From: a virus | Taxonomy: Duplodnaviria > Caudoviricetes | IMG/VR virus record: IMGVR_UViG_3300048574_000183 | Location: 1 to 32,434 of that record | Length of the DNA: 32,434 nt | Strand: one strand, 5' to 3' | Part shown: piece by piece, positions 1 through 9,144 of the stretch | Layout: the number at the start of each line of letters is the position of its first letter | Numbering within the stretch: the first letter of the stretch is position 1 | Program-made: the position numbers and the translations under genes | The notes under the pieces: generated by a model | Database searches by the model: none | Seen by the model: only the letters and a program-made list of their open reading frames with translations | What the model was told of the DNA's origin: nothing

Positions 1-1796
1 CCGATTTCTGGAAGCATATTTCCGATGCCTTCTACCAGCATCAGCACCAGTTCGACCGCCGCGTCGCCCAGCATAGGCGCCAGGGTGACCAATGTGTCGA
101 ATAGCGTTTGAATAATTTGCGGTGCTGATTCAATCAGCACTGGCAAAGCTGCAATTAATCCCTGCGCGATCGCCATGATTAATTGCAGCGCCGCCTGCAC
201 CAGCAGCGGCAAATTTTGCAGCAATGTGGTGATCACTTGCGGAATAATCGCGATTACTGCCGGAATAAGTTCTGGAAGCGCTTCCGTCAAACCGTTCGCT
301 AAGGTGATGATCATTTCCAGCGCTGTTTCGATCAGCATCGGCAGCTGCGGCAGTAGGCCGTTGACCAGTGCCAGAACCATCTGCACCCCGGCCGAAATGA
401 TCATCGGCAAGTTATCGACCAGCGCATTGACAATCGTAATAATTGCGCTGACTGCCACGGGGATTAATTGCGGCAGAAGCGCCACAATTGTGTTCATCAT
501 CTGAGAAAATAAACCCGTTGCTGTCTGAAGCAGCATGGGCAGCAATTCACCTACCGCGCCCAAAATCGCGTCAATAGCATCCGGCATTGCAGTAATAATG
601 TTTTTAACAACCGGGACAATATTTTTTACAACCGCTTTGAACGCATCGATCAAATTCCCGGTAAGATTGGTCATATCCGCGTTCGAATTGCCCAGCCCGG
701 CAGCAAAAGATCCCAGCGCCGCCTGTAACATGCCGACTGACCCAGAAATTGTTTGTTCGCTTTCTTTGGCAAAATTACCCGCGTACTGAGAGGTATTTTC
801 AAAGAACATCTGCATTGCAACTTCAGCTTTTTCAGCGTTGGTCGCGGAAGCCCAGGTAAAATCAAGCCCCTTTGAAAGCGCGTAGGCTTCAACGGTGGTG
901 GCATTCATTGCCACCCCCAGATTGTCCATCATGGTGAAGTTGCCTTTGGCTGCCCCAGCGATGCTGTCCAGCGCCATCTGCGTATCAATACCCATTACCG
1001 ATGCCATATCGGCCGCACGCTGCATGGCCTGCTGAGTAAGCTCCAGGCTCTTTTGCTGGTCCAGGCCAGAACCTTGAAACAGCGCCCCCATTTTATTGGC
1101 GGTTGCTAGATAATCCGCCTGAGAAACGCCAAGGTTTCGGTAAGCATCTTCACCGGTCCTCTGAATGGTTTCCGCGTATTGCCCAAATACAGCTTCAGAA
1201 CCACCCAGAGCCTGTTCAAGTTCTCCGAACTGCTGCACAACTGCTTTACCTAAGCTGAATGCCAGGCCTGCCGCCGCCGCGGCGAGCGATCCGATTCCAA
1301 TGGCGGTTGCTTTCAGTATTCCGCCGATAGATTGCAGGGCTGTTCCGAAATTTCTTGTCTTTTCGCTGGCTTTGTCTTCTTTATCGCCTAAATCATTGAT
1401 ATTCTTTCCGGCATTTTTTGACTCATTAGTCATATCAGCCAGATCGGATTCTGTTTTAGTCAGCTCAACGTTCATCTTGTTAAGTGTTTCGGTTTCCCGA
1501 TTCAACTTAATTTGCAGTTCTTGGGCAGCCCGCGAAGTCGCGCCTTTTTCTTCCGCAACGCGCTCATATTCTTTTGTGACCGCGGCGACCTTATTTTTTT
1601 GGATATCGATGGATGAACTTAAAGCTTTGATTCGGCTTTCTAAACCACTTGCGTCTTTGGTCCAATCCCCCAGAGCCGCAGCAGACGCCTTGAAAGCCGA
1701 ATCAATCGTGCGCAGATCGCGATTCATCTGCGCAATACCTGCTTTAAAATCGGTTGTATCTAGGCCGACGTTTCCGGATAGCGGATTATCGCTCAT
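1..1796 (-). CDS. Tape measure protein (5' part; truncated by window edge)
   Basis: Not in the ORF track because it runs off the window. ATG at 1796 gives MSDNPLSGNVGLDTTDFKAGIAQMNRDLR..., a coiled coil, then AADMASVMGID...GNFTMMDNLG and amphipathic LPxLI repeats. Follows the tail chaperone. Confidence 0.93.
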   Translation of the reverse strand, partial: MSDNPLSGNVGLDTTDFKAGIAQMNRDLRTIDSAFKASAAALGDWTKDASGLESRIKALSSSIDIQKNKVAAVTKEYERVAEEKGATSRAAQELQIKLNRETETLNKMNVELTKTESDLADMTNESKNAGKNINDLGDKEDKASEKTRNFGTALQSIGGILKATAIGIGSLAAAAAGLAFSLGKAVVQQFGELEQALGGSEAVFGQYAETIQRTGEDAYRNLGVSQADYLATANKMGALFQGSGLDQQKSLELTQQAMQRAADMASVMGIDTQMALDSIAGAAKGNFTMMDNLGVAMNATTVEAYALSKGLDFTWASATNAEKAEVAMQMFFENTSQYAGNFAKESEQTISGSVGMLQAALGSFAAGLGNSNADMTNLTGNLIDAFKAVVKNIVPVVKNIITAMPDAIDAILGAVGELLPMLLQTATGLFSQMMNTIVALLPQLIPVAVSAIITIVNALVDNLPMIISAGVQMVLALVNGLLPQLPMLIETALEMIITLANGLTEALPELIPAVIAIIPQVITTLLQNLPLLVQAALQLIMAIAQGLIAALPVLIESAPQIIQTLFDTLVTLAPMLGDAAVELVLMLVEGIGNMLPEI

Positions 1797-2007
1797 AACC
1801 AGTCCACCTCATCGCAGTACGCTTTTTGTTCTTTTGGCGCAGAAATATAGTTGATAAAAGGAAATAACGATTCGATATTGGTCCGGTCAAGTTCTGCCAG
1901 TGACCAATGAAATGCTTTGATTAATTGAAGTTCAACTTCAAGCCATTGTCCGGGTTCGCCGTCATCGTCTAATGTCGTTTGCGCGGCTTCGCCGGAAGGG
2001 TAGGGTT
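1793..2007 (-). CDS. Tail assembly chaperone GT extension (-1 frameshift frame)
   Basis: The -1 frame after AAACCCT (2002-2008) reads ...PYPSGEAAQTTLDDDGEPGQWLEVELQLIKAFHWSLAELDRTNIESLFPFINYISAPKEQKAYCDEVDWL*. No ATG of its own; its stop overlaps the TMP ATG (ATGA). Confidence 0.8.
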
Positions 2008-2319
2008 TTCTGGCATCAACTTCCGCGCGCGGCCTAATATCGTCATGATCACGGTGATCATTTCTTCAACGTCGGTACCGTTCATTAGCTCGTCAACGGT
2101 AACTTTTCCGTTGAAAACTTCGCAGACAAAAGCCGCCATTTCATCGACCAGGATTTCATCCGGATTGTTAATGTCGATGCCTTCCAGCTTTTTTGAAAGC
2201 TGGATTGCCGCTTTTAACATCCCGTAAGGAATAAAAGAGCGGGTCAATTTGAATTTAAGCTCGTCATTTTCAGGATCATAGATATTCAGCTCAATGATCG
2301 GAGTTTTATTTGCTTCCAT
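1969..2319 (-). CDS. Tail assembly chaperone G
   Basis: Lies between major tail and TMP genes; acidic ~116 aa; ends ...ENPT at the slippery site. Confidence 0.85.
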   Translation of the reverse strand: MEANKTPIIELNIYDPENDELKFKLTRSFIPYGMLKAAIQLSKKLEGIDINNPDEILVDEMAAFVCEVFNGKVTVDELMNGTDVEEMITVIMTILGRARKLMPENPTLPAKPRKRH

Positions 2320-2375
2320 GTGTGATTCCTTTCTCCCCGGCTTGCACCGGGGAGATGATTTTTTCTGAGTTATTT

Positions 2376-3293
2376 TTATGCAGCCGTAGTGAAGGTGATT
2401 GCTCCGCTCAGCGTTTGGCCATATATATCCGTCACGCCATACGTGAGGATATATACGGTCGATGCGTCCAGGTTGGAGGTCGGGTTGATGGTGACCGTTT
2501 TCAGCGTTGTAGAATTGAGCGTCTTTGTCCCGGCAATAACCGATCCATCCGACGCCTTGATCAGTGATACCCCAACGGTTGCAGCGCTGGTCAAAGCATT
2601 ATTGAACGTCAGCGATACATCCGCGCTCGCGGAAACATTGGTAGCTTCGTCTGCCGGCGTGCTGGAAGACAGCGCCAGTGCTGAAGGCGCCGAAGATCCC
2701 GGAACCTGCACCTGACTAAACCAGCTTGTCGCGCTGAAGTTGGTCGTATCTTCATCGCCCCAAATGCGCTTGATCGACTGGTTTACGCTGTCAACATAAA
2801 ATTGATGAATGGTTTGCAGCGCCTTTGCGGTCATTTTGAGCGTTTTCGGGGTGATCTTATCCGCTTTGGTATCAGCTCCCTCTTCCGGCGCTACAAACTG
2901 CACTTTGTGGTACCAGTAGTAGCGATATTTTCCGTTGCTTTTTAAAGCACGGAAACCGATTGCTACATAAGGAGGGATGCCATTGACATCGATCACCCGC
3001 CCGGTAGTGGCGTCGAAATATTTCCCGGTTAGGGTTGCCAGAGTCTCAGGAGGGACGTTCGTGAAGGTGTACTCATGATCCGTTTCAGCTTCGCTGGCAA
3101 ATGCGTCATAGGCCTGATTGTCGGCATATTGCATTTCTTGCGATGTTACCGGTTTGGCCGTCATTGTTGCCACAGGCGCCAGACTGACGGGCGTTCCGGT
3201 GGTATAGGCGTCCGCACTGTCTTCAGTGACCAGCGCGAAATACACGTTATCAATGCCGACCACTGATTTTTTTTCAGCGGCATTAACTGCCAT
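2376..3293 (-). CDS. Major tail protein (phi13-like) with C-terminal Ig-like domain
   Basis: GIDNVYFA...YADN...PPYVAIGFRALKSNGKYRYYWYHKVQF motif; C-terminal SSSTPADEATNVS...LTFNNAL...TINPTSNL...Y Ig-like (SbsA/Big-type) pattern. Confidence 0.92.
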   Translation of the reverse strand: MAVNAAEKKSVVGIDNVYFALVTEDSADAYTTGTPVSLAPVATMTAKPVTSQEMQYADNQAYDAFASEAETDHEYTFTNVPPETLATLTGKYFDATTGRVIDVNGIPPYVAIGFRALKSNGKYRYYWYHKVQFVAPEEGADTKADKITPKTLKMTAKALQTIHQFYVDSVNQSIKRIWGDEDTTNFSATSWFSQVQVPGSSAPSALALSSSTPADEATNVSASADVSLTFNNALTSAATVGVSLIKASDGSVIAGTKTLNSTTLKTVTINPTSNLDASTVYILTYGVTDIYGQTLSGAITFTTAA

Positions 3294-3295
3294 AG

Positions 3296-3652
3296 TTAAA
3301 CTGTCCTTTCTTCGAGATAGGTAAATTCGAAAACCAGACCGAAATGCCGCGTATCTTCCGCATAGGGAAGTTCGCGCCTGGGTCCGGCGGTAAATCCGGC
3401 CGCTGTCATGGCATTATGAACCGCATCAATCAGCGTGTCGGTGAATCCGGTCCGGCTGTACAGACTGACCTGCATGGTCATCTCGCGCAGCGTTTCAGCA
3501 TTATCAGCATGCTGCTGCGCCGGGGCCGTAACCAGAAAATAAACCAGGTATTGGTCTGGCCTGGCCGCCGCTGTGGCGGAGAGATAAACACTCTGTGCGC
3601 AGTCCAGACCGGTTGTATCTAAAGCGGCCTTTGTTCGTTCCCAGATCGTCAT
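3296..3652 (-). CDS. Tail terminator / tail completion protein
   Basis: Position; QVSLYS...MTAAGF...Y..DTRHF pattern. Confidence 0.75.
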   Translation of the reverse strand: MTIWERTKAALDTTGLDCAQSVYLSATAAARPDQYLVYFLVTAPAQQHADNAETLREMTMQVSLYSRTGFTDTLIDAVHNAMTAAGFTAGPRRELPYAEDTRHFGLVFEFTYLEERTV

Positions 3653-4053
3653 AGTACCCCGTCGCTCTTCAGTGACTTGCGCATCGCCGCTTTGACCTTA
3701 GCGCCGTCCTCTTTGATGGTTGGGCGGATGTACGGCTGCGCTGGCATGGAGGAAGTTCCGTATTCTTGGGCGTTTCCATAGCGTGCGGTTTCAGCATCTG
3801 TCATGCCGCGGTTATGCAGTATGCCGACTTCGCAGAACGAATAATTACCATCGGTTTCAGGACCGTATACCCGAATATGCTCACGCAGATTCCCGGTCAA
3901 AACCGGAACCCGTGAAACCATACCGGATTGGGCTACGATAGCGCCTTCATGGGTTGCGTTAGCAGCAGCTTCGTCAATGTTCTCGCCAGCCTGCGCAATA
4001 GTTTCCAGATAGTTTTCTAAACCCTTCATGGAAAATTTTCCGGTAGTAGTCAT
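3649..4053 (-). CDS. HK97 gp10-family neck/tail protein
   Basis: PVLTGNLREHI and EYGTSSMPAQPYIRP motifs. Confidence 0.9.
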   Translation of the reverse strand: MTTTGKFSMKGLENYLETIAQAGENIDEAAANATHEGAIVAQSGMVSRVPVLTGNLREHIRVYGPETDGNYSFCEVGILHNRGMTDAETARYGNAQEYGTSSMPAQPYIRPTIKEDGAKVKAAMRKSLKSDGVL

Positions 4054-4397
4054 TAGCCCTCTTTGATCCGTTTAACCTTCAGTTCCATATATTCGTGCCG
4101 TTCCTGGATATCATCGATGGAGAGGATTTCATACAGCAGGCCGCCTTTATCGATCGCACAGGTCGTATCGATTCCGCTGGTATAACGAATCAGCACCGTG
4201 GCCGGCGCTTCAGCGTTGATTCCGTCCGCAGAAACCAGTTCGTTTCCATGCGCATTGGTCCATTTCGCCCAGACCGTTTTGATCGTCGTATACGTCGGCC
4301 GCCTGGCGCCGCCCGTTTCCACGGAAACAGTCCGCGATTTCAGGGCCACGCTGGTCCGCAGCTCGCCCGGGTTGATCACCTTTCCATTCAGGTTCAT
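4053..4397 (-). CDS. Head-tail adaptor / head closure protein (SPP1 gp16-like)
   Basis: NPGELRTSV...TVWAK...IRY...YEILSIDD...ERHEYMEL pattern. Confidence 0.88.
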   Translation of the reverse strand: MNLNGKVINPGELRTSVALKSRTVSVETGGARRPTYTTIKTVWAKWTNAHGNELVSADGINAEAPATVLIRYTSGIDTTCAIDKGGLLYEILSIDDIQERHEYMELKVKRIKEG

Positions 4398-4897
4398 AAA
4401 TCCTCTAGTGGTTTAAGCTTTACCCGGTACCAGTTTTCAGACAGATCGTCATTCGAAACCTGCTGAATTTGTCCAGAGATCGTGATCACCTCCTCAAAAG
4501 ACTCGCTCTGGTCACCGCTAGAGCCGATTAAACCGATAACAGATTCAACTGTGTCTCCAGAATGGGAACCATGCATATAAATTGGCCCAGCTCCAGCGCG
4601 TCCTCGAAAGTTCACGAATAAAAGTGCCAATGCCTTGAGCTGTACAATACAAGCTGTCAGGCCAGGTCCTAAAATAGCATTTTGTCCGGTCATTCCTGGG
4701 TTTTCATGCCATTGCACCAGCAGTATCCTGGCGGCATTCTTAGCTGCCTGGCTTACCGTTACATCGTTGGTCCAGTCATGTCCGGTTGCGGTTTTTAGGT
4801 ATGCATCCACCGCAGGTAATAACGCTAGCATATCCGGGTCATTTGTCTCACAACGCAAAACCGTAGCAGCTTCAGATGTCGTCAGGATACTGGTCAT
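4394..4897 (-). CDS. Head-tail connector (HK97 gp6-like) with C-terminal extension
   Basis: ATG 4897 after GAGGTG; LTTSEAATVLR...AYLKTATG...AARILLVQWHEN motif. Confidence 0.8.
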   Translation of the reverse strand: MTSILTTSEAATVLRCETNDPDMLALLPAVDAYLKTATGHDWTNDVTVSQAAKNAARILLVQWHENPGMTGQNAILGPGLTACIVQLKALALLFVNFRGRAGAGPIYMHGSHSGDTVESVIGLIGSSGDQSESFEEVITISGQIQQVSNDDLSENWYRVKLKPLEDL

Positions 4898-4909
4898 AAT
4901 GCACCTCAA

Positions 4910-6070
4910 TTAGCCTAAAAGAATGGCCATTGCCTCGGGCTTTACCGCCTTCACGCCCCAGGCCAGTCCGACTTCGAAGGTGACCTGCCGGTATTGCCGA
5001 TACATGGCCACCTGGAAAGAGAGCCCGGTCTGAGGATCGGTGATGATGGTCACATCGTCGGCCGAATCGCCGCCGTCCGGCATGGCCGGTACACGGGTCA
5101 TCAAAGCAATGGCCGACCGGGAGAAGGCCAGGTTAGCGGTATAGCTATTGCCAATCGACAGCGGGTCGTTGTTGACCCAGGCGACTTTGATTCCAGGATT
5201 GGCGATGGTCAGGTCTACGTCCACGCCGGTGGCGCCGGTGGCGGCCGCGGCAGAGACATATTTATTGGAATCGCGCCCGGTTTTAGTGTTGGTGATGATG
5301 TCGCCCACCAACACGGTACCGATGCCGGTATCGGCATGGATGGCGGTCTTGCCGGCCGCGTATCCGGCGGTCAGATCGACCAGCAAACCCGTTGCGGTTC
5401 CTTTGGTATGACTGGCTACCTGTGCGCTTTCGCGGATGGCGAAGCCGTGCACATCTAGCAGGGTTCCGCGCCGCAGAGGATCAACCGATCCAGCGTCGGC
5501 CGCATTGATCAATTCAGCCAGCGTGCGCAATGCAGCGCCGGAAGTGGTATCAATGACAAGTTGCAGATCGCTCAATGGGGCGCCGTTATCGGCTAAAATC
5601 TTGCGCAGCTGCGCGGTGAACGCCAGTTTATTGGTCGAATCAAACGGTGTGGTGCCCGCCGTGCCGTAGGCGCGCGAGGCGTATTTATACAATCCTGCCA
5701 GGTCAGTCTCGACCTCGTTGACCAACGTGCGCATCGCTTCCGCAAATTGATTCACCAGGATTTGGCTGTACATCCCGCCCAGGCTCATCTGCTCTTCGCC
5801 GTTCCAGCCAAAAGGAACGGACCGCGACTTGCTGATGCTCATCGTTCCTGGGCTGATGGTCTGGGCCACAGGTGTTGGGCCCGTGGTTGCCGGGGTCACG
5901 TTTCCAGCTGCTACAACTGGAGTAACTGGCCAGGAGATCGTTTGATCCTTGGCAGCTTGCTCTCCGGACGAATCCCACATGACCGCCGGGATAAACCCGG
6001 TCAGTTCGCGCAGGACAATGTCGAGAGCTTTATAGATGGTTGGGATTAACCCAGTCAGAGTATTTGCCAT
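4910..6070 (-). CDS. Major capsid protein, P22 coat-like family
   Basis: MANTLTGLIPTIY.ALD.V.REL.GFIPAV...; ends DPQTGLSFQVAMYRQYRQVTFEVGLAWGVKAVKPE; strong RBS GGAGG. Confidence 0.88.
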   Translation of the reverse strand: MANTLTGLIPTIYKALDIVLRELTGFIPAVMWDSSGEQAAKDQTISWPVTPVVAAGNVTPATTGPTPVAQTISPGTMSISKSRSVPFGWNGEEQMSLGGMYSQILVNQFAEAMRTLVNEVETDLAGLYKYASRAYGTAGTTPFDSTNKLAFTAQLRKILADNGAPLSDLQLVIDTTSGAALRTLAELINAADAGSVDPLRRGTLLDVHGFAIRESAQVASHTKGTATGLLVDLTAGYAAGKTAIHADTGIGTVLVGDIITNTKTGRDSNKYVSAAAATGATGVDVDLTIANPGIKVAWVNNDPLSIGNSYTANLAFSRSAIALMTRVPAMPDGGDSADDVTIITDPQTGLSFQVAMYRQYRQVTFEVGLAWGVKAVKPEAMAILLG

Positions 6071-6134
6071 TTCGAGAACCTCCTCGTCCTCTATTCAAAA
6101 AATAACTGATGTCTATTTCAAATTGAGAACTGGA

Positions 6135-6500
6135 TCAGTCCTCGATTTTTCCACCGGATTTGACAAACTTCGCCCGATTCACCAGGTCGAGCTTGTCGTA
6201 ATCTTGGCGCTTGATGACCGTAGTCTGGCTCCCAGGAGCCTCTTCGGTCGAAGTATTGGAAACGGGAACGAAGTTTTTTACAACATCGTTCGGGCGAGTC
6301 GTGTTTTTCATCGCCTCGTAAAAGTTCGTGGCTTCCGTCAGCTTGTTCTGTGCTTCGTCCAGCGCAGGGCGCAGTGCAAGCGCTTTTGCCTTGCCCTCTT
6401 CCGTTCCATCGCGGAAGTTCGTGTCAATTTCATTTGCCACGCGTTGAACATCCGCTTCAGCAGCTAAAACAGCATCGTAATAGGGTTTTAGGTCAAGCAT
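6135..6500 (-). CDS. Putative head scaffolding protein
   Basis: Coiled-coil N-terminus; C-terminal IKRQDYDKL...RAKFVKSGGKIED resembles scaffold tails found upstream of P22-like coats. Confidence 0.65.
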   Translation of the reverse strand: MLDLKPYYDAVLAAEADVQRVANEIDTNFRDGTEEGKAKALALRPALDEAQNKLTEATNFYEAMKNTTRPNDVVKNFVPVSNTSTEEAPGSQTTVIKRQDYDKLDLVNRAKFVKSGGKIED

Positions 6501-6503
6501 TGT

Positions 6504-7253
6504 TTATTCCTTTCGTAAAATTTTCTCGATTCGTTCGCGCAGATCTTGCGCCTCTTTTTGTTGAGTATCGGAAAGCACAGGAGCGCTGGACTCCTTAGCA
6601 TCCGGAACAACCTCTATTAGTTGCCCTTCAAACATAGATAGCTTGTACTCCGCTAGAGCGCCTACAATACCGGTTCCTTGAACCGCAGGCACATTAACCG
6701 CGGATGTTTCCTTTCCCCTTGGATTAACAAAAATGAGCAGACAGGTCTCCTCTTGGTTATCAACGCGGTATTTAAGGCCGGGCCAATGTGAGCAGTCTCG
6801 ACTGAAAAAAGAATTTCCACAGATAGAGCAAGTGGCGTCGTCATAAAACCAACCGATGCTGAAACGGTCAATTTTCCCTTCAACATAATCTGTCATTCCT
6901 CGACGAGTTGTCAGGCGAATATCCTGATATACCCAGCCGTCAACAAAGGAAGATGAAATAATCGTTCCATCGCGCGAATCAATCGAATAGGTATCATGAT
7001 CTCGTAAATAAGGTTGACCTTCGAAAGATTGGGCAAATTCGACCATATCCTCATCACGAAAACGATAGGGATTACGATTTTGCGCTGTCTGACCGAAAAC
7101 TTGCGCCTCAAAATCAAGATGGTCGATTTCACCACTTTCAATTTTTGATAGCAGTTCTTCTCTGGGTGGCAAATTGAGCCGATTTGAAATCGGCAGCGAA
7201 ACCAGGATAGGCAATAAAACATCTCTAGTTTGTTTGTCCATTTGTTTCTCCAA
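6504..7253 (-). CDS. Putative prohead maturation protease with CxxC/CxH insert
   Basis: LRDHD, RFSIGW, CSICG...CSHWPG and ETSAVNVPA motifs; lies between portal and capsid. Confidence 0.7.
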   Translation of the reverse strand: MEKQMDKQTRDVLLPILVSLPISNRLNLPPREELLSKIESGEIDHLDFEAQVFGQTAQNRNPYRFRDEDMVEFAQSFEGQPYLRDHDTYSIDSRDGTIISSSFVDGWVYQDIRLTTRRGMTDYVEGKIDRFSIGWFYDDATCSICGNSFFSRDCSHWPGLKYRVDNQEETCLLIFVNPRGKETSAVNVPAVQGTGIVGALAEYKLSMFEGQLIEVVPDAKESSAPVLSDTQQKEAQDLRERIEKILRKE

Positions 7254-8442
7254 TAGGGGCGATATTACTCGCCATATATTTTTTGTCTCCGCCAGGATAG
7301 GCGCTCATATCGTCTTTTTCTCGGGCCTCGTTCGGCGATCGCTGCCCGCTTCGAATTAAAACTTCATTGGTCTCTGCACGCGTCTTGCTATCCATACGTA
7401 AAAGGGATTCCCGAATGAACTTAAAAAATGTATTTATTTGTTCACGCTCAGTAAGCCAGCGAATTCTTGCTGCTTCTTCCCACGGAACCAAAAACGCATC
7501 TAAAGTACCCATTAAATATTCCAGATACTTTTGTTCGTTTGAGTTGTACGATTCTTTGCCACGGTTGAGCATATGTTCTGGAAGCCCAAAGAAATTACAT
7601 ATGTCTCGATCTGTAGCATCAATACTTTCCAAAAATTGAGCATCTTTCAATTGGATATTGACAGGCTCAAATTTTGTAACGGTATCGTCAAATATCGCTA
7701 ATCGATAAGCGTTTTCTGATCCGTTCATAGATGCTTCGAATTCAGAACGCACTTTATTACGCGCTTCAGGGCTTAATTCACCACAGAATTGAACATAAGC
7801 AGCTGGCATAAATCCTTGAGAAAACTGTTTTGACTGAGTTTTTTTTGCGGCCAATTGCCTTCCCATGGTTTCTCGCGCGTAAGTTATTACGCCTCGACCA
7901 ATAAAGCCAGTTTCATCCGGATTTATTAACAAATGAAGTATTTCAATTGAAGGTATATAAGCGGGTATCCCGGAACTAAATGTGTGTCGATACCATAAAT
8001 TCCCATCCATATCAAATACTGGATAAGTTCTGTGCGCAGGAAGAATTAATAATTGGCGCGGACCAACAGCCGGACTCCAGATATAAGAATTTCCATAAAA
8101 AAGTAACCATTCAATTACCGCTTTTTTGAATTGAAATGGCGTCCAACCCCATAAGTTAGGACTTATCTGAAGCAAATACGACATATTACGTGTAATTGGA
8201 TCAGGTTGTACTTGTGAGATTTGATCTCCCTCTCGCCGAATCATCTGAAAAGGCATTTTTGCTACGTCATCGCTGATAATGTTCTTGGCTCGGTAAGTAG
8301 TAGCAATAGCCTGTGATCTTTCGACGGTTACACGTTCACCAGACTCTGTACGATATCCATAGGAGGGAGCATAGTCAGGTTTAGGACTATCTTTCGTTTC
8401 TTTAATTTGTTCATTCGAGCTTAATAGATTAAACAACAGCAT
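7225..8442 (-). CDS. Portal protein (HK97 family)
   Basis: LLFYGNSY, EILHL, DAQFLES, ICNFFGLPEHML, SYNSNEQ, SPNEAREKDDM..YPGGD motifs. Confidence 0.96.
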   Translation of the reverse strand: MLLFNLLSSNEQIKETKDSPKPDYAPSYGYRTESGERVTVERSQAIATTYRAKNIISDDVAKMPFQMIRREGDQISQVQPDPITRNMSYLLQISPNLWGWTPFQFKKAVIEWLLFYGNSYIWSPAVGPRQLLILPAHRTYPVFDMDGNLWYRHTFSSGIPAYIPSIEILHLLINPDETGFIGRGVITYARETMGRQLAAKKTQSKQFSQGFMPAAYVQFCGELSPEARNKVRSEFEASMNGSENAYRLAIFDDTVTKFEPVNIQLKDAQFLESIDATDRDICNFFGLPEHMLNRGKESYNSNEQKYLEYLMGTLDAFLVPWEEAARIRWLTEREQINTFFKFIRESLLRMDSKTRAETNEVLIRSGQRSPNEAREKDDMSAYPGGDKKYMASNIAPIGETNGQTN

Positions 8443-8602
8443 TTTTTCCCTTTACCTTTCCGATCAGTACGGCTAAGGCAATCAACATAATGCCGCAAAC
8501 GATCCAGGTAACAACGATATTCCACATTGAAAGACCGCGCAGAATGCATACACATCCAGCTAACAAGAGAATATCGTCAGCATATCGTGAAATTTTTTTC
8601 AT
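8429..8602 (-). CDS. Small two-TM membrane protein (57 aa)
   Basis: Hand-translated MKKISRYADDILLLAGCVCILRGLSMWNIVVTWIVCGIMLIALAVLIGKVKGKNAVV*; RBS GAGG; a common position just before portal. Confidence 0.7.
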   Translation of the reverse strand: MKKISRYADDILLLAGCVCILRGLSMWNIVVTWIVCGIMLIALAVLIGKVKGKNAVV

Positions 8603-9144
8603 ATAACCTCATATGCGCCGAACACATTGACCAACGGACCAGACATTACCCTTACTCGCTCCCAGTTTGGAAGCATATTTTTTGCATCCTCCACCCAAGG
8701 CTGTAAATGATGGTCAAGTGGGTAATGGAAATGTGGTTTATCTTCGTAATCATGAAAATATTTCTGCTCGCCCTGGTAACAGTCCATTCCGCACAAAATT
8801 ACCGGATCACAGCCCATCCATAAAGCAAACCAGGTAGCCAGATTAGAGCTGTAGAAGCCGGTCCATACCGGAACGTCTAAAGAGATATCCGAGGAAGGTT
8901 CTGGGCTGACCTTTATTCCCTTGAAAGATTCCGCAGCAGCAGCCAATATTGGGTCTGATTCCAGGAAATCGTTGTAAACCATGAAGTCAGGTAAGCATAA
9001 ATAACCCGCGTGATAATTGACCGCGATCAGCAAGCAGCCTTTTGGAAGCCTTTTCATATCATCAGGAAGGCTCGGACCGCCACCTAGCACAGCCGCAGGT
9101 TTACCCTTATATCGATCACGGTAATTAGACATGAGTGCTTTCAC
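8599..9144 (-). CDS. DUF115/Maf (MptE-like) nucleotide-sugar transferase-like protein
   Basis: AAVLGGGPSL, IAVN, ALWMGCDPVILCGMDC motifs. Start is GTG 9144 (overlapping the terL stop) or ATG 9132. Confidence 0.65.
   Translation of the reverse strand: MKALMSNYRDRYKGKPAAVLGGGPSLPDDMKRLPKGCLLIAVNYHAGYLCLPDFMVYNDFLESDPILAAAAESFKGIKVSPEPSSDISLDVPVWTGFYSSNLATWFALWMGCDPVILCGMDCYQGEQKYFHDYEDKPHFHYPLDHHLQPWVEDAKNMLPNWERVRVMSGPLVNVFGAYEVI

Noticed and set aside
2332-2355. Hairpin after the major tail gene as an operon terminator
   Set aside because: No U-tract on the coding (minus) strand and it abuts the next RBS; at most a stabilising hairpin or an antisense terminator.
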